NCBI RefSeq assembly: GCF_000143415.4
Contig: NW_003314263.1
Coordinates: 4,219,628-4,283,627, forward strand
Length of the DNA: 64,000 nucleotides
Direction: 5' to 3'
From: Selaginella moellendorffii
Lineage: Eukaryota; Plantae; Lycopodiophyta
Position 1 is the stretch's first letter; every line of letters starts with the position of its first letter. Shown one piece after another: positions 22,901-35,360 of the stretch. Under the pieces are notes generated by a model, which was not told the DNA's origin, searched no databases, and worked only from the letters and a program-made list of their open reading frames with translations. A program made the translations under genes and the position numbers.

Positions 22901-25900
22901 GACTCAGGAATCCCAGCTCGAGTCTTTAGGGCATACTCCTGAACCTACTGCTCTGGTCCCGATGGATATTTCTGGTACTGCACGACTCATTAGAGGGAAG
23001 TTGAGTCCTGCTGAAAAGCAACGTCGAATATCTCATAATCTTTGCCTCTACTGTGTTGATCCTAATCACAAAGCAGCTGTGTGTCCCAAGAAGCCTCCCC
23101 GACTGCTCGAGTTCACTCTGCCTCAAAGTCCACCTCTGTTACAATCGGGAAACGACCCTGTCCAAACAGAGTAGGAGCTGTTTGTTTGGACTCCCCGAAT
23201 AAAAATCACTTCTCTTCTTTATCAAGCTCCTCACCACCTTTCATCAAAGCCACCACCAATTTCCGCAACTTCCGCGTCCCATGTCTCCTTTCTTTCACCG
23301 GACAATCAGGACTCAAGGCTCTGGCGCTACTGGACTCGGGTGCAACTTCCTGCTTCATGGACACGGACTTTGCTGCCCGACATCACGTTCCTCTTTCTCC
23401 TACCATACGGGATCTACGGGTTGAAGGTATTGGCGGGCATTTTGTGTCTCCCTCTTCTGGACTTAGGGAAACATTGCCCATTCGAGTACACATCGGGTCC
23501 ATCATCACCAATATCGCCTTCAACATCATCAACAGCAAGTCCTCTTCTGTGGTGCTTGGCCTCCCTTGGTTCCAACTACATCAGCCTTAGATCTGTTGGA
23601 AGGAATTACAGCTCGTTTCTCCCACATCACCATCTTCCATGGCTTCCCCTGCTGTTCATCAAGTCTGAATCAGGAAAAGTTCCCTAAACTCAAATCGGGG
23701 ATCTATTCCTGACTCTGCGAATTTTTCACCCTCTTCTTTTTCCTCTCTTCCATCTTACACTGGACAGTATCCTCGTCCCATCATTCCATTTAGTCGTACA
23801 CCTCTTCCTATCTCCACAATCACTATGAAAGAACTTCTTCATGAAGAACCTATTTTCCTTTTTGCTTTGCATGTTTCTCCTGTCAGTCTTCCTGAGAAGT
23901 ATCATGATTTTGGGGATGTGTTTGACAAGAAAAAAGCTAGTGTACTGCCTGTTCATCGGCTTTATGACTGTCCCATTGATTTATAGGAAGGAGCATCACC
24001 TCCGTGGGGGCCTATCTACGGGTTATCCCCGTCCGAGCTTCAGGCCCTCAAAGATTATGTGGATGAGAACCTTGCCTCGAGGTATATTCAGCATTCGCAG
24101 TCCCCAGCTGGAGCGCCTGTCTTCGTTGTCAAGAAGAAGGATGGGAGTTTGCGGCTAGTCATCGACTACCGAGGTTTGAACAAGGTGACTGTTCGGAACT
24201 GTTATCCACTGCCCTTGATCTCGGACCTGTTGGAATGCCTCGGTAGTGCCCGCTTCTTCACTAAGATCGACCTCCGTGGAGCATACAACTTGATCCGGAT
24301 CCGGCCTGGTGATGAATGGAAGACTGCGTTCCGAACCCGCTATGGCCACTTCGAGTACACTGTCATGCCGTTTGGCTTGACAAATGCTCCAGCAGTTTTC
24401 CAACACATGGCAAACGACGTCTTTTAGGAGTTTCTTGATCAGATGGTGATCGTCAACCTCGATGACATCCTCATCTACTCGAAAACTCAAGAGGAGCACG
24501 ATGAACATGTACGCAAGGTGCTGGCAAAGCTGCGAGAACACGGCCTATACGCGAAGCTTGAGAAATGTTCCTTCGATCAGGAGTCTGTGGAGTTCCTTGG
24601 GTACATTGTCACTCCTGAGGGTATCACAATGGATCCTGCCAAAGTCAAGACTATTCTCGAATGGGAGCCTCCACAATCAATGTCGGACATTCAGGTTTTC
24701 CTTGGCTTTGCCAACTTTTACCGCAAATTCATTGATCACTACTCTGACATTGTCCTTCCTCTCACGCATCTCACTCGCAAGGATGTTCCCTTCTCTTGGT
24801 CTGCTGCTGCCCAGTAGGCCTTCGACACACTTAAGGCGGCCTTCAGTTCTGCTCCCGTCTTAATCCACGCTGATCCCTCACAACCTTTCTTCATCGAGGC
24901 TGACGCCTCCGACTTTGCCATCGGTGCTGTGCTGTCTCAACTCGGAGCGGATCAAGAACTTCACCCGGTCGCTTTCCATTCTCGGAAATTCCAGCCTGCA
25001 GAGATCAATTATGAAATCCACGACAAGGAGCTCCTTGCCATCGTGGATTCCTTTGGAGAGTGGTGCCATTTCTTGGAGGGGGCAGGCCATCAAACAACAG
25101 TCTGGACGGATCACAAAAATCTTGAGTATTTTGCCACTTCCCGAGTTTTGAGCCGTCGTCAAGCAAGGTGGGCACAATTCCTGAGTCGGTTTGACTTTGT
25201 TATCAAGTACAGACCTGGAAAGCTTCAAGGCCTTCTTGATGCTCTTTCAAGGCGCTCCTATCTCAGTCTCAAGCCTGGTAATCCTGCCTTCGATCAACAG
25301 GATCAAGTTATCCTCGGTCCTGATCGGCTTCAAGTTATGGCAATTTCCCTGGCCCCTCAGGACTCCTCCTTGATGGATGCAATCAGAAACAATCTTCAAT
25401 CGGATGACCTCACCAGCGACATTTTCCCCCATCTTCAGGCTAGACACCTAGTGACTCTTGATGCCGGCGATTTGATGAGTTCGAGTTCTTAGATGGCTTG
25501 TTGTACCGTGGGGAGCAGCTTTATGTTCCTGAAGGTGATGCTCAACGGTTAGTCCTGATGGCGTGCCATGATAGCCTGACTGCTGGTCACTTCGGCATTG
25601 CAAAAACCTATGAGTTGGTTGCACGAGACTTTTGGTGGCCTCACATGGACGACTACATCAAAGTTTTTGTTACCTCCTGTGACACTTGCGCCCAAAATAA
25701 GGTACCTCGCCACCTTCCTTCAGGTTTATGTAAGCCACAAATTTTTCCTTTCCAATTTGCCAGCTTACCTCGTCTATTCGACCAACTCTGCCTTGGCTTG
25801 TGCTAAGTTCCCTCGCCAAGGTTCTCGCCTATGGTACCAGCTCCTAATTGGTCCTACTTGGTTTCAGCTACTCACTGCATGAGCAACGGAGTGTTAGCCA

Positions 25901-26534
25901 TCCATCTACGGATTCCCAAATCTCTCCCAATCCCCCTCCCCGGGTTAGACTGGACTTAAGGTTCGGTTACACTCCCCACAGGCACAAGCAGCCAAGCACA
26001 CCAAGCCTCCAGATTCCTAACACCCCTTGGTACCACAAGACTTGATCATGGGACCCTCTAAATCCCAAGTCTTGGGTGCAGCACTTGCTTCGGGACGTCG
26101 GGGCGAAACACCGTGGCCTAACGGCCCGGTATGGGTACCTCTACCCCCCTTCTTCCATCCTGAAGGGAAGGCCCAAGCCCCCGGAAGGGCGAGGACCAAT
26201 GAGCCACAAGGTACTCAAGTGGGGCACCACTCCACCTGAGCCGGGAGCACCGCAGTCGGTTTCCCTTTCGGGAGTGGGAGCTGCTCTTGAGCACTTCCTT
26301 GGATGGCCCCTCCAGCACCAGCCAAGTCCATGCTCACTCCCACCCAAGGCCCCTCGGTCCCAGTCCCAACCTCAAGTCGGTTTGGAAGCCCAACTGGAGA
26401 GTCCCCTCAAAACTGGTTCCTGGACCTCACTATCCCTACTATACTTTTGGAACCCCCTGCAGCCCCCCCCCCCCCCCCTAGGAGATGCACGCTTTGGGCT
26501 TTCACCCCTTGACCCGTATTAGTATTTGGACTTA

Positions 26535-26790
26535 GTCTCTGGCTCGATCTCGGACCCGATTTCGGATTCGGTCTCGGACTCGATTTCAGACTCGATCTCG
26601 GACCCGATCTCGGACCCGACCTCGGACTCGACCTCGGACTCGGTCTCGGACCCGATTTCGGATCTCGGACTCCGTCTCGAACTCGGTCTCGAACTCGGAC
26701 TCGAACTCGGTCCCCGAGTCGGTCTCAGACTCGATTCCAGACTCTATCTCGAACTCGGTCCTAGAGTCGGTCTTGGACTCGATCCTCGAC
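26535..26790. repeat. Degenerate 12/6-bp tandem array (CTCGGACCCGAT-like) in the B LTR; second copy about 32915-33180
   Basis: Directly visible; the right LTR has one extra 12-bp unit. Confidence 0.9.
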
Positions 26791-27282
26791 TTGGTCCCAT
26801 CCGATGAACTCTTTGTCATTTCGGTCAAGCTTTTGGGGATCCTTTAGCCTACGACATCTCGGGGAGTCGGTTCCTTACAACTCCACCACCCATAGAAGAA
26901 GTTCGATGCCCACATCGAACGTCTCGTTTTATCCTACGACTTGTTGACCATGTCTCCGGGGGCATCCCCCCACGTAGCGGTGTGCCTAAGTTAGCCTCCC
27001 CGGCCAAGAGCCCATGACAACGGAATATAGGTGTCCCTATACTCCTCACCTCACCACGCCCTAGTATGGGGTCGGGACTTGAACCCAGCCTTGCTTTACT
27101 AGGGGGTTGGGACTCGAACCCAACCTCCGTAGAATACGTCTACGGATTCGAGATCCCCGCGGGGAGTCGGGCGTAGTGCCCTACGCCTGGTCGACCTATC
27201 CAACCCATGCTAATTAGCTTACCTTTGGCGCGCCTTCGGGTCCCAACATATTGCACTTGCTCAACTTTGCAAATTGATATTT

Positions 27283-30200
27283 TTAATTGAATTTTGCATA
27301 AGTACATAGAGTTCTGCCTTGCAGAAATTCCTCCACTAGATCTCGAGCGTTCGCTAGGTTCTCCTCCGGTTCCCATGTTGCTTCGCAGTGTGGAAATCCT
27401 CTCCACTTCACATGGAACTCTCTCACCTCGCGTCCTTGTCGCTTGCTCTTGCGCGCATTAAGGATGGCCTCGACTTCGTATTCCTCTTCCCCTTGGATAA
27501 CCTCAGGCAAAGGTCTCACTTGGTCCTTGCGAAGCGGATCCTCAAAGTACGGCTTGAGTAAGTTCACGTGGAACACTGGGTGCATCTTCCCCATCTCTCG
27601 AGGAAGTCGGAGTCGGTAAGCCACTTTACCGATTCGTGCCTCAATCTCGTAAGGCCCCGCGAACCTGCTTAAGGAACTCAAGATCAATTCATTTACAGGA
27701 ATACATGCATCTTTACCTTTGGGTCAACTTTCGGCTGATCCCACTTGGTAGTCTGAGGTTCTTGGTGTTCAGCCACACCTTCTCCCCAGCTTGGAACTCT
27801 ACATCCCGACGCTTCTGGTTCGCGTATTTGGTTTGCCTTTGTTGAGCCCGTTCCAAGGAATCCCTCACTAGATTCCAAATGCTGAGTCTTTCTGCCGTGA
27901 ATGCCTCCACTACGGGCAACTCTCCATGATACTCGGCCACGCCGAGTTCCACAGGACCTTCAATAGCTCGCCCATTGATGACTTCCCATGGACTCACCCC
28001 GATATTCGAATGTGGTGAGTTGTTATAACACATTTCCTCAAGTCCCAAATGACTTACCCAATCGGTCTGGTCTCCCGAGACATAGCATCGCAAATAATCC
28101 TCCAGCTGCCTATTCACCCTTTCTGTTTGTCCGTCTGTCAAGAAGTGTTAGTGCCAACAACTTGACTTAATACCCCATACCTGTCTGTGGGTAATAGGCT
28201 GTGCTGAATTTCAACTTGGTGCGATATTGTTCAAGGAGAGTCCTCCAGAACCTACTGGTGAAAATCTTATCTCGATCTGAGATGATCTCTTCTGGTCTTC
28301 CCCGCACTCGAACCACTTGCTCGAAGAACAGCTTCGCCACACCTTCCGCATCCACTTCTGTTGTGGTGGGTATGAAATGTGCCATTTTCGAAAATCGGTC
28401 CACCACCACGAATATCGCATCAAACCCCTCGCTTGGGGGGAGTCCCGTGATGAAGTCCATTGTAAGACATTTCCACGGGTGATCTGGAATTGGGATGCTT
28501 TGCAACAAGCCCCCACTAGCCTTAGTCACGGCTTTTACCTGCTGACATGTTGGACATGTCTTTACATAGTCTTGGACGTCCTTAGCCATATCTGGCCAAT
28601 GGTACTTCCTTTTGAGTAAGCCCATCGTCTTGGGCACTCCACCGTGTCCCGCAAGAGGTCCGTCATGACACTCTTCTAAGGCCACCTTCCTTAGTTCCCC
28701 TTCTGGAACATACACCCTCGTTTGCTTGTAATAAATGAGTCCGTTGCGTTCCACATAGCCCGTTTTCTCTTCCGTTGGCAGCTCACCTCTCTGGTGAGCT
28801 TCCCGCGCCTCTAGATTCCTCAGCAACACTTCCTATGCTAGACCATCGTTCTCATATGCTGTCCGCACATCGTCCCAGAAGGTTGTTGTTGCGCTGGATA
28901 TTGCCAACCTCAAGCTCGCTTTTTGACTTAGCGCATCCGCCACGATGTTGCTCTTCCCAGGCTTGTACAGAATTTCGCAATCAAACTCGGCCAAGGCGTT
29001 GGCCCACCGACCTTGTTTCCCTCTTAGGTCGGGCTGTGACAAGAAGTGTTTCGTTGCCACATTGTCCGTGTAAACCTTGAAGTGTCTCCCAAGGTAGTGT
29101 CGCCACTCCTTGAGCGCCTTGACCACCGCAAACAATTCCTTCTCGTGGGCAGGCCACTTCCGTTGAGCCTTGTCTAGCTTCTTCGAGAAGAACGCTACCG
29201 GATGGTTGTCTTGCTTCAAACTGCGCCCAACGCAAAGTCCGAAGCATCCGTTTCTACCTCAAAGTCCTTACCAAAGTCTGGTAATGCCAATACGGGAGCC
29301 TTCCTCAACTTCCCTTTGAGGTGGACGAATGCCGCCTCGCATTCCGCTGTCCACACCATCTTCCCTTTTCCTGTTTGGTCCGTTAAGGGCAGGGCTACTC
29401 TCGAATAGTGTCTGATAAACTTTCGATAGTAGTTGCATAGCCCCAGGAATGCCCTCAACTCGTGTACATTGGATGGTCGCTCCCATTCCTGGATCGCTTG
29501 GACCTTCTCCGGGTCCACCTTGAGCCCGTCCTAGCCCACCACATGCCCGAGAAACTTTACCTCTTGTTGAGCAAAGTCACATTTGCTCTCTTTAGCATAC
29601 AGCTTGTGTTCCCTTAGTTTCTCAAACACCTTCGCCAAGTGTTCGGCATGCTCCTCTAGCGTCTCGCTATAGATCAGGATGTCGTCGATATAGACGACCA
29701 CGAAGTGATCCAGATAGGGTACAAAGACGTGGTTCATTAGCGCCGAGAACGTTGCCGGCGCATTACATAGCCCGAAGGGCATCATCAGAAACTCAAAGCT
29801 CCCATACCTCGTTCGATAGGTTGTCTTCTCGACATCTTCCTCGGCTACCCTGATCTGGTAGTATCCTGACCTTAGGTCAATCCTCGAGAAGTATTTTGCC
29901 TTTCCCAACCTATCGAACAGGTCCTCAATCCTTGGCAAAGGGTACTTGTTCTTCTTTGTATACTTGTTGAGCAAGCGGTAGTCTATGCACATGCGCATAG
30001 ATCCATCTTTCTTTTTCACAAATAACACCGGCGCCCCATACGGCGACTTGCTCAACCTAACATACCCTTTGTCCACCAACTCCTCTAGTTGGCACTTGAG
30101 CTCCTTGAGTTCTTTTTCGTTCAAATGATAAGGGGGACGAACCACTGCCTCAGCACCCTCGACCAGCTCAATCTTATGTTCTATCGGTCCCGCCGGTAGC

Positions 30201-32050
30201 CCCGCCGGTAGCTCCTCTGGCATGGTATCTTGGAATTGGTCCAACACTCGTTGGATCACTAAAGGTACTTCTTCCATTCCTGTCTTTTTGTCACTCTTCA
30301 CCGAGAGTAAGCACAAAAAAGCCGCCTTAGTTCCTTTAGTGAGTTGCCCTCTCGTGGACACCAGGTTTAAGCAGGAATCTTTGGCCTTGCTTTGCCCTAC
30401 CTTTAGATCTTGGGCCTCCACCCTAGATCTTCTTCCTTGGGCATTCGCCAGTACCATAAGGTTTCTACCTTGCCCATACAGAGCTACCACGAATCGATTG
30501 AACCAGTCCATTCCGAAGATCACGTCAAATCCCGCCATGTCCAACACGGTGAAGTCCATGTCCACCTTCCAAGTCCCCACTTCGACTCTCGCTTGTCGAA
30601 GTACCTCATCGGTGCTTTGGCTACCTTGAACAAACTCTATAGTCCTTGGTTCGCCTAGCCGCTGCACCGTTAGTCCGGCTTGCCGGACTATGTCTGCAGC
30701 CACAAAATTATCCGAAGCACCCGTGTCAATAAGGATTTTAACAAAGTTACCTCCGAGCTTCCCTCGGAGGGCTAGTAGATGTCGCGAACGACTCTCTACC
30801 AAAGTTGCTCGTGTAATGAGTAACTTTGAGTTAGGGACTGGATCACATACCTCTGTTTGGACTTCACCCGACTTGATGGCCATATTGGCTCTGGCCTTCT
30901 TCGGGTAGGGACATTCCCTCGAGAAGTGTCCCGCTTCACCGCAGTTGTAGCATACGTTGTTTCCCACGCTGCTATATGACTTGACCTTCTTATCCGTGGG
31001 TTTGTCTCTTTTCGCCTGACTCCCCCACGTACTCGCTCGCTGGCCACCAGATCTGCCTTTCCGAAACCCCGAGGACTCATTCTTAGAGAAACTCTTCTTG
31101 AATTTCCCTCTGCTAAATGTTCCCCTTGGTTTGGCCCCTTTGCTAAACGTGGATCCCGACCCCGTCGTGTTCCCTTTTCGCAGGTTATCGTTGAAATGCA
31201 CCTTGATGGCCGCATCCAACGCTTCCTTGTAGTTGGTCGGGTTCCACCGCATTACTTCGCCCCGAGCCCAGGTTTGCAAACCTGATATGAAGGCATGGAA
31301 CGCATCCATATCCCCCATGTCCGTGACAAGTATCCTCTTTGCCATAAACCCATTCACATACTCCTGAATGGTTCCGGTTTGCTTCAACCTACTCAGCTCA
31401 TCCCTTAGGTGTAGAGTAGCATTTGGAGGAACGTAAGTTGCGCGGATCCTCGCCTTCATCATTTCCCAAGTGGCCACCGGTCCTTCGTTGGCCTCCGTTG
31501 TTCTCCACCAAGACTTGGCATTATCTGCCAAGTATGGTTTTGCACATGGGACCTTCTCCGAGCTCGGTAATCGCAACGCTCGGAAGTAGTCCTCCATATC
31601 GTAAAACCAATCCTCCACCACCTTATAGTCGTTCACTCCCTTGAAGACCGGTGGGGGCTTTGGTTTGTACTTGGGAACTGCCTGCGGGACTGATTCCACT
31701 TCGGTCTGTTCGACCTTGTCTGGTTTTGCCTCAGTCCCTGCCGAAGGGTCCGCACCTTCTGCGCTGCCAGCATCCGCGGTCTTTCGCTTTTTCTTTCGCT
31801 TCTTGTCACGCTTTAGCTTGCGTACGAGAGTCTCTAGCAGGGCATTGGTCTGTGCCAATTGCCCTTCTAGAACGTCCAATCGAGCCTTGGACGACCGAAC
31901 CTCACCACCGGACTCCTGTTTGGAAGTTGCCTCACTGGAGTCCTCCTCATGCAACGATTCCTCATCCATAGCCTCTTGTTCGACCGGAGGCTCCAGCTCT
32001 GGAGGAGGTTCCGTCTCCGCCTGGGTTCGCTTACGTCCTGCCCTTGCCAT
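27283..32050 (-). pseudogene. Element B gag-pol polyprotein (gag, CCHC, PR, RT, RH, IN, chromodomain) with two introns
   Basis: [64 protein letters not shown]. In-frame stops at 29531 and 28833, frameshift near 29218. GT-AG introns at 28135-28180 and 27665-27716. Confidence 0.92.
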
Positions 32051-34833
32051 CTCCCAGCAATCCGCCTCTATCCTTCGCTAGAACTGAGGAAGAGGCTCCA
32101 ATACCAAATTGTAAGCCACAAATTTTTCCTTTCCAATTTGCCAGCTTACCTCGTCTATCCGACCAACTCTGCCTTGGCTTGTGCTAAGTTCCCTCGCCAA
32201 GGTTCTCGCCTATGGTACCAGCTCCTACTTGGTCCTACTTGGTTTCAGCTACTCACTGCACGAGCAACGGAGTGTTAGCCATCCATCTACGGATTCCCAA
32301 ATCTCTCCCAATCCCCCTCCCCGGGTTAGACTGGACTTAAGGTTCGGCTACACTCCCCGCAGGCACAAGCAGCCAAGCACACCAAGCCTCCAGATTCCTA
32401 ACACCCCTTGGTACCACAAGACTTGATCATGGGACCCTCTAAATCCCAAGTCTTGGGTGCAGCACTTGCTTCGGGACGTCGGGGCGAAATACCGTGGCCT
32501 AACGGCCCGGTATGGGTACCTCTACCCCCCTTCTTCCATCCTGAAGGGAAGGCCCAAGCCCCCGGAAGGGCGAGGACCAATGAGCCACAAGGTACTCAAG
32601 TGGGGCACCACTCCACCTGAGCCGGGAGCACCGCAGTCGGTTTCCCTTTCGGGAGTGGGAGCTGCTCTTGAGCACTTCCTTGGATGGCCCCTCCGGCACC
32701 AGCCAAGTCCATGCTCACTCCCACCCAAGGCCCCTCGGTCCCAGTCCCAACCTCAAGTCGGTTTGGAAGCCCAACTGGAGAGTCCCCTCAAAACTGGTTC
32801 CTGGACCTCACTATCCCTACTATACTTTTGGAACCCCCTGCAGCCCCCCCCCCTTGGGAGACGCACGCTTTGGGCTTTCACCCCTTGACCCGTATTAGTA
32901 TTTGGACTTAGTCTCTGGCTCGATCTCGGACCCGATTTCGGATCCGACTTCGGATTCGGTCTCGGACTCGATTTCGGACTCGATCTCGGACCCGATCTCG
33001 GACCCGACCTCGGACTCGACCTCGGACTCGGTCTCGGACCTGATTTCGGATCTCGGACTCCGTCTCGAACTCGGTCTCGAACTCGGACTCGAACTCGGTC
33101 CCCGAGTCGGTCTCGGACTCGATTCCGGACTCTATCTCGAACTCGGTCCTAGAGTCGGTCTTGGACTCGATCCTCGACTTGGTCCCATCCGATGAACTCT
33201 TTGTCATTTCGGTCAAGCTTTTGGGGATCCTTTAGCCTACGACATCTCGGGGAGTCGGTTCCTTACAGTTTGCTTCGTTCCCTCCCGGTCCCTTCAAGTC
33301 CTTGGGAATCCATCTCCATGGATTTCTTGAGTGATCTCCCAAGTTCTGGAGGCTTCAACAGCATTTTAGTCGTGGTGGATCGCTTCACAAAGATGGCACA
33401 CTTCCTGCCGTGTACCAAGGAGTTTTCGGGGGAGGACATCGCAAAACTGGTATTCAAGGAAATTTTCCGACTTCATGGGATTCCTGCAGATGTGGTTTCG
33501 GATCGGGGACCTCAGTTCATCTCTCATTTCTGGCAATGGTTTCTGCAGCTGCTTGGAGTGAAAGCCAACCTCTCTTCAGCATATCATCCTCAAACAGATG
33601 GACAGTCCGAGCGAACGATTCAGACGTTGGAACAATTCCTGAGGTGCTTCATCAACTATCATCAGGATGACTGGTTTGATATCCTTCCCCTTGCTGAGTT
33701 CTCTATAACAACTCTGTTCACTCCTTTCTTCGAGTTTCCCCCTTCTTTGCGAACTTTGGCCGAAATCCCCGATTCAATCTCTCACTTCCTTCTCCATCTA
33801 AATCCTCTCATTCTAATCCCCGCTCTGAGACATTTGTCTCCAACCTCCAGGAAATCCACACCTCCATCTCCTTCCACCTCCATCGTGCTCAGGAATCTCA
33901 CAAAACATTTGCCAATGTCCATCGTCAGGATTGTCCCCCTTACAATATTGGGGATAAAGTCTGGCTCCTTAGGCGAAATATCTCCACCACCAGGCCATGT
34001 CCCAAACTCGATTTCAAACGCCTCGGTCCTTTCCCTATCACTGCCATCATTAATCCTGTCACTTATCGCCTTGCACTTCCCTCCTCATATCAAATTCACC
34101 CCGTTTTTCACTCCTCCCTCCTTGAGCCTTATATTCCCAGTCCTATTCCAAATCGGGTCATTCCTCCGCCTCCACCAGTACAGCTCGAGGATGGGTCTGA
34201 GTACGAGGTTCAGGACATCCTTGATTCCAAGATCTCACGGTCTAAACTCTACTATCTGGTCGACTGAAAGGGTTATAGACTTGAAGAACACACTTGGGAA
34301 CCTGCGGACAACCTAATTCATTCTTCTGACCTTGTTCAGGACTTTCACCGCCGCTATCCTTCTCGTCCCAGTCCTCATTCTTTTTCTCCATCTCCCGTCC
34401 CTCGCCGCCCATCTCATCCTCCTCCTCGTTCTCATTCACGTCCTCATTCCACTCGTTCTTGCGGAGGGGGTGCTGTCAGGAATCCCCAATTCTTGCCACA
34501 TTCCTGACTCTCACCGGATTCCTGACCTGCAGACCACATTCCTAACTCTCGAGACACTTCCCTATTCCTAACTCTCGATTTCCCATACGATTCCTGAGTC
34601 TCGAGCCACATTCCTGATGATGATGTGGCGCCTCCTCAACCTCAACTATATTTGGGCCATCCTCGATCCAAGAGTGGTGGAGCTTCATCAACCTATAGTA
34701 TATATAGGTTAGCCTTGTTCCATTTCTCCACAATCTGAATCAATACCAGTCTAAGGCCTTTTCTTTGTTATTCACTAGCTTTTCTCTTTGTCTTTTGCAT
34801 TTTCCAGTCTTGATCTTGTTGGGGGTCTTGACA

Positions 34834-35360
34834 CTCGAGGCCAGAATCTGCCCGAGGTGGCAAGCCCAAGCTGGACCTAGGGTAGTTTTGGGGTTTAGGG
34901 GCCTAAGGTTATATGAATAACCTTGGCCCCTTGAGGCCAAAAACTGCCTAAGGTGGCGAGCCCAAGTTGGACCTGGGGTAGTTTCGGGATCAAGCCCAAG
35001 GTTATTTGAATAACCTCAGCCCTTCGAGGCTAGAAACTGCTTGAGGTGGCGAGCCCGAGCTAGACCTAGGGCAATTTTGGGGTCTAGGGGCCTAAGGTTA
35101 TGTAAATAACCTTGGCCCCTCGAGGCCAAAAACTGCTTGAGGTGGCCAGCCCGAGCTAGACCTCGGGCAGTTTCAGGATGTGGGGGCCCAAGGTTATTTG
35201 AATAACTTTAGTCCCTCAAGGCCAAAATTACCCTAGCCTCGAGGGGCTAGAAATTGCCCAAGGTGGCTAGCCTAAGCTCCACCTTGGGTAGTTTCGGGGT
35301 TTGGGGGCCTGAAATTATTTAAATAACCTCAGCCCCTCGAGGCTAGAAACTACTTGGCCT
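34834..35360. repeat. About 95-bp tandem repeat made of two palindromes, continuing the array at 21590-21743 (in element A LTR)
   Basis: Units start near 34921, 35014 and 35110; they contain AAACTGCCCGAGGT..ACCTCGGGCAGTTT and AAGGTTATTTGAATAACCTT-type inverted repeats. Confidence 0.85.

Larger units (their letters stand above)
25729..33267 (-). mobile_element. Element B: young Ty3/Gypsy chromovirus inserted into the integrase of element C
   Basis: LTRs 25729-26879 and 32110-33267 (about 14 substitutions plus small indels by hand count); near-perfect TSD GTTTA/GTTTG; PBS TGGTATTGGAGCC; PPT ATGGGTGGTGGAG. Confidence 0.95.
21744..34833 (+). mobile_element. Element C: Ty3/Gypsy chromovirus (Tf1/sushi/Tcn1-like), full length but mutated, split by element B
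   Basis: 360-bp LTRs 21744-22103 and 34474-34833 (13 differences by hand count, all transitions); TSD CTCGA. Gag from 22204 with CLYC..H....C knuckle; protease LLDSGAT; RT ([10 protein letters not shown]); RNase H (EADASD); integrase HHCC 25500-25728 resuming at 33268 (SMDF, DRGPQF, QTDGQSER); chromodomain EYEVQDILD..TWEP about 34200-34340; PPT GCGGAGGGGG. Several stops and frameshifts. Confidence 0.95.

Noticed and set aside
27071-27125. tRNA gene or SINE
   Set aside because: Only T-arm-like hairpins; no cloverleaf, A-box or tail.
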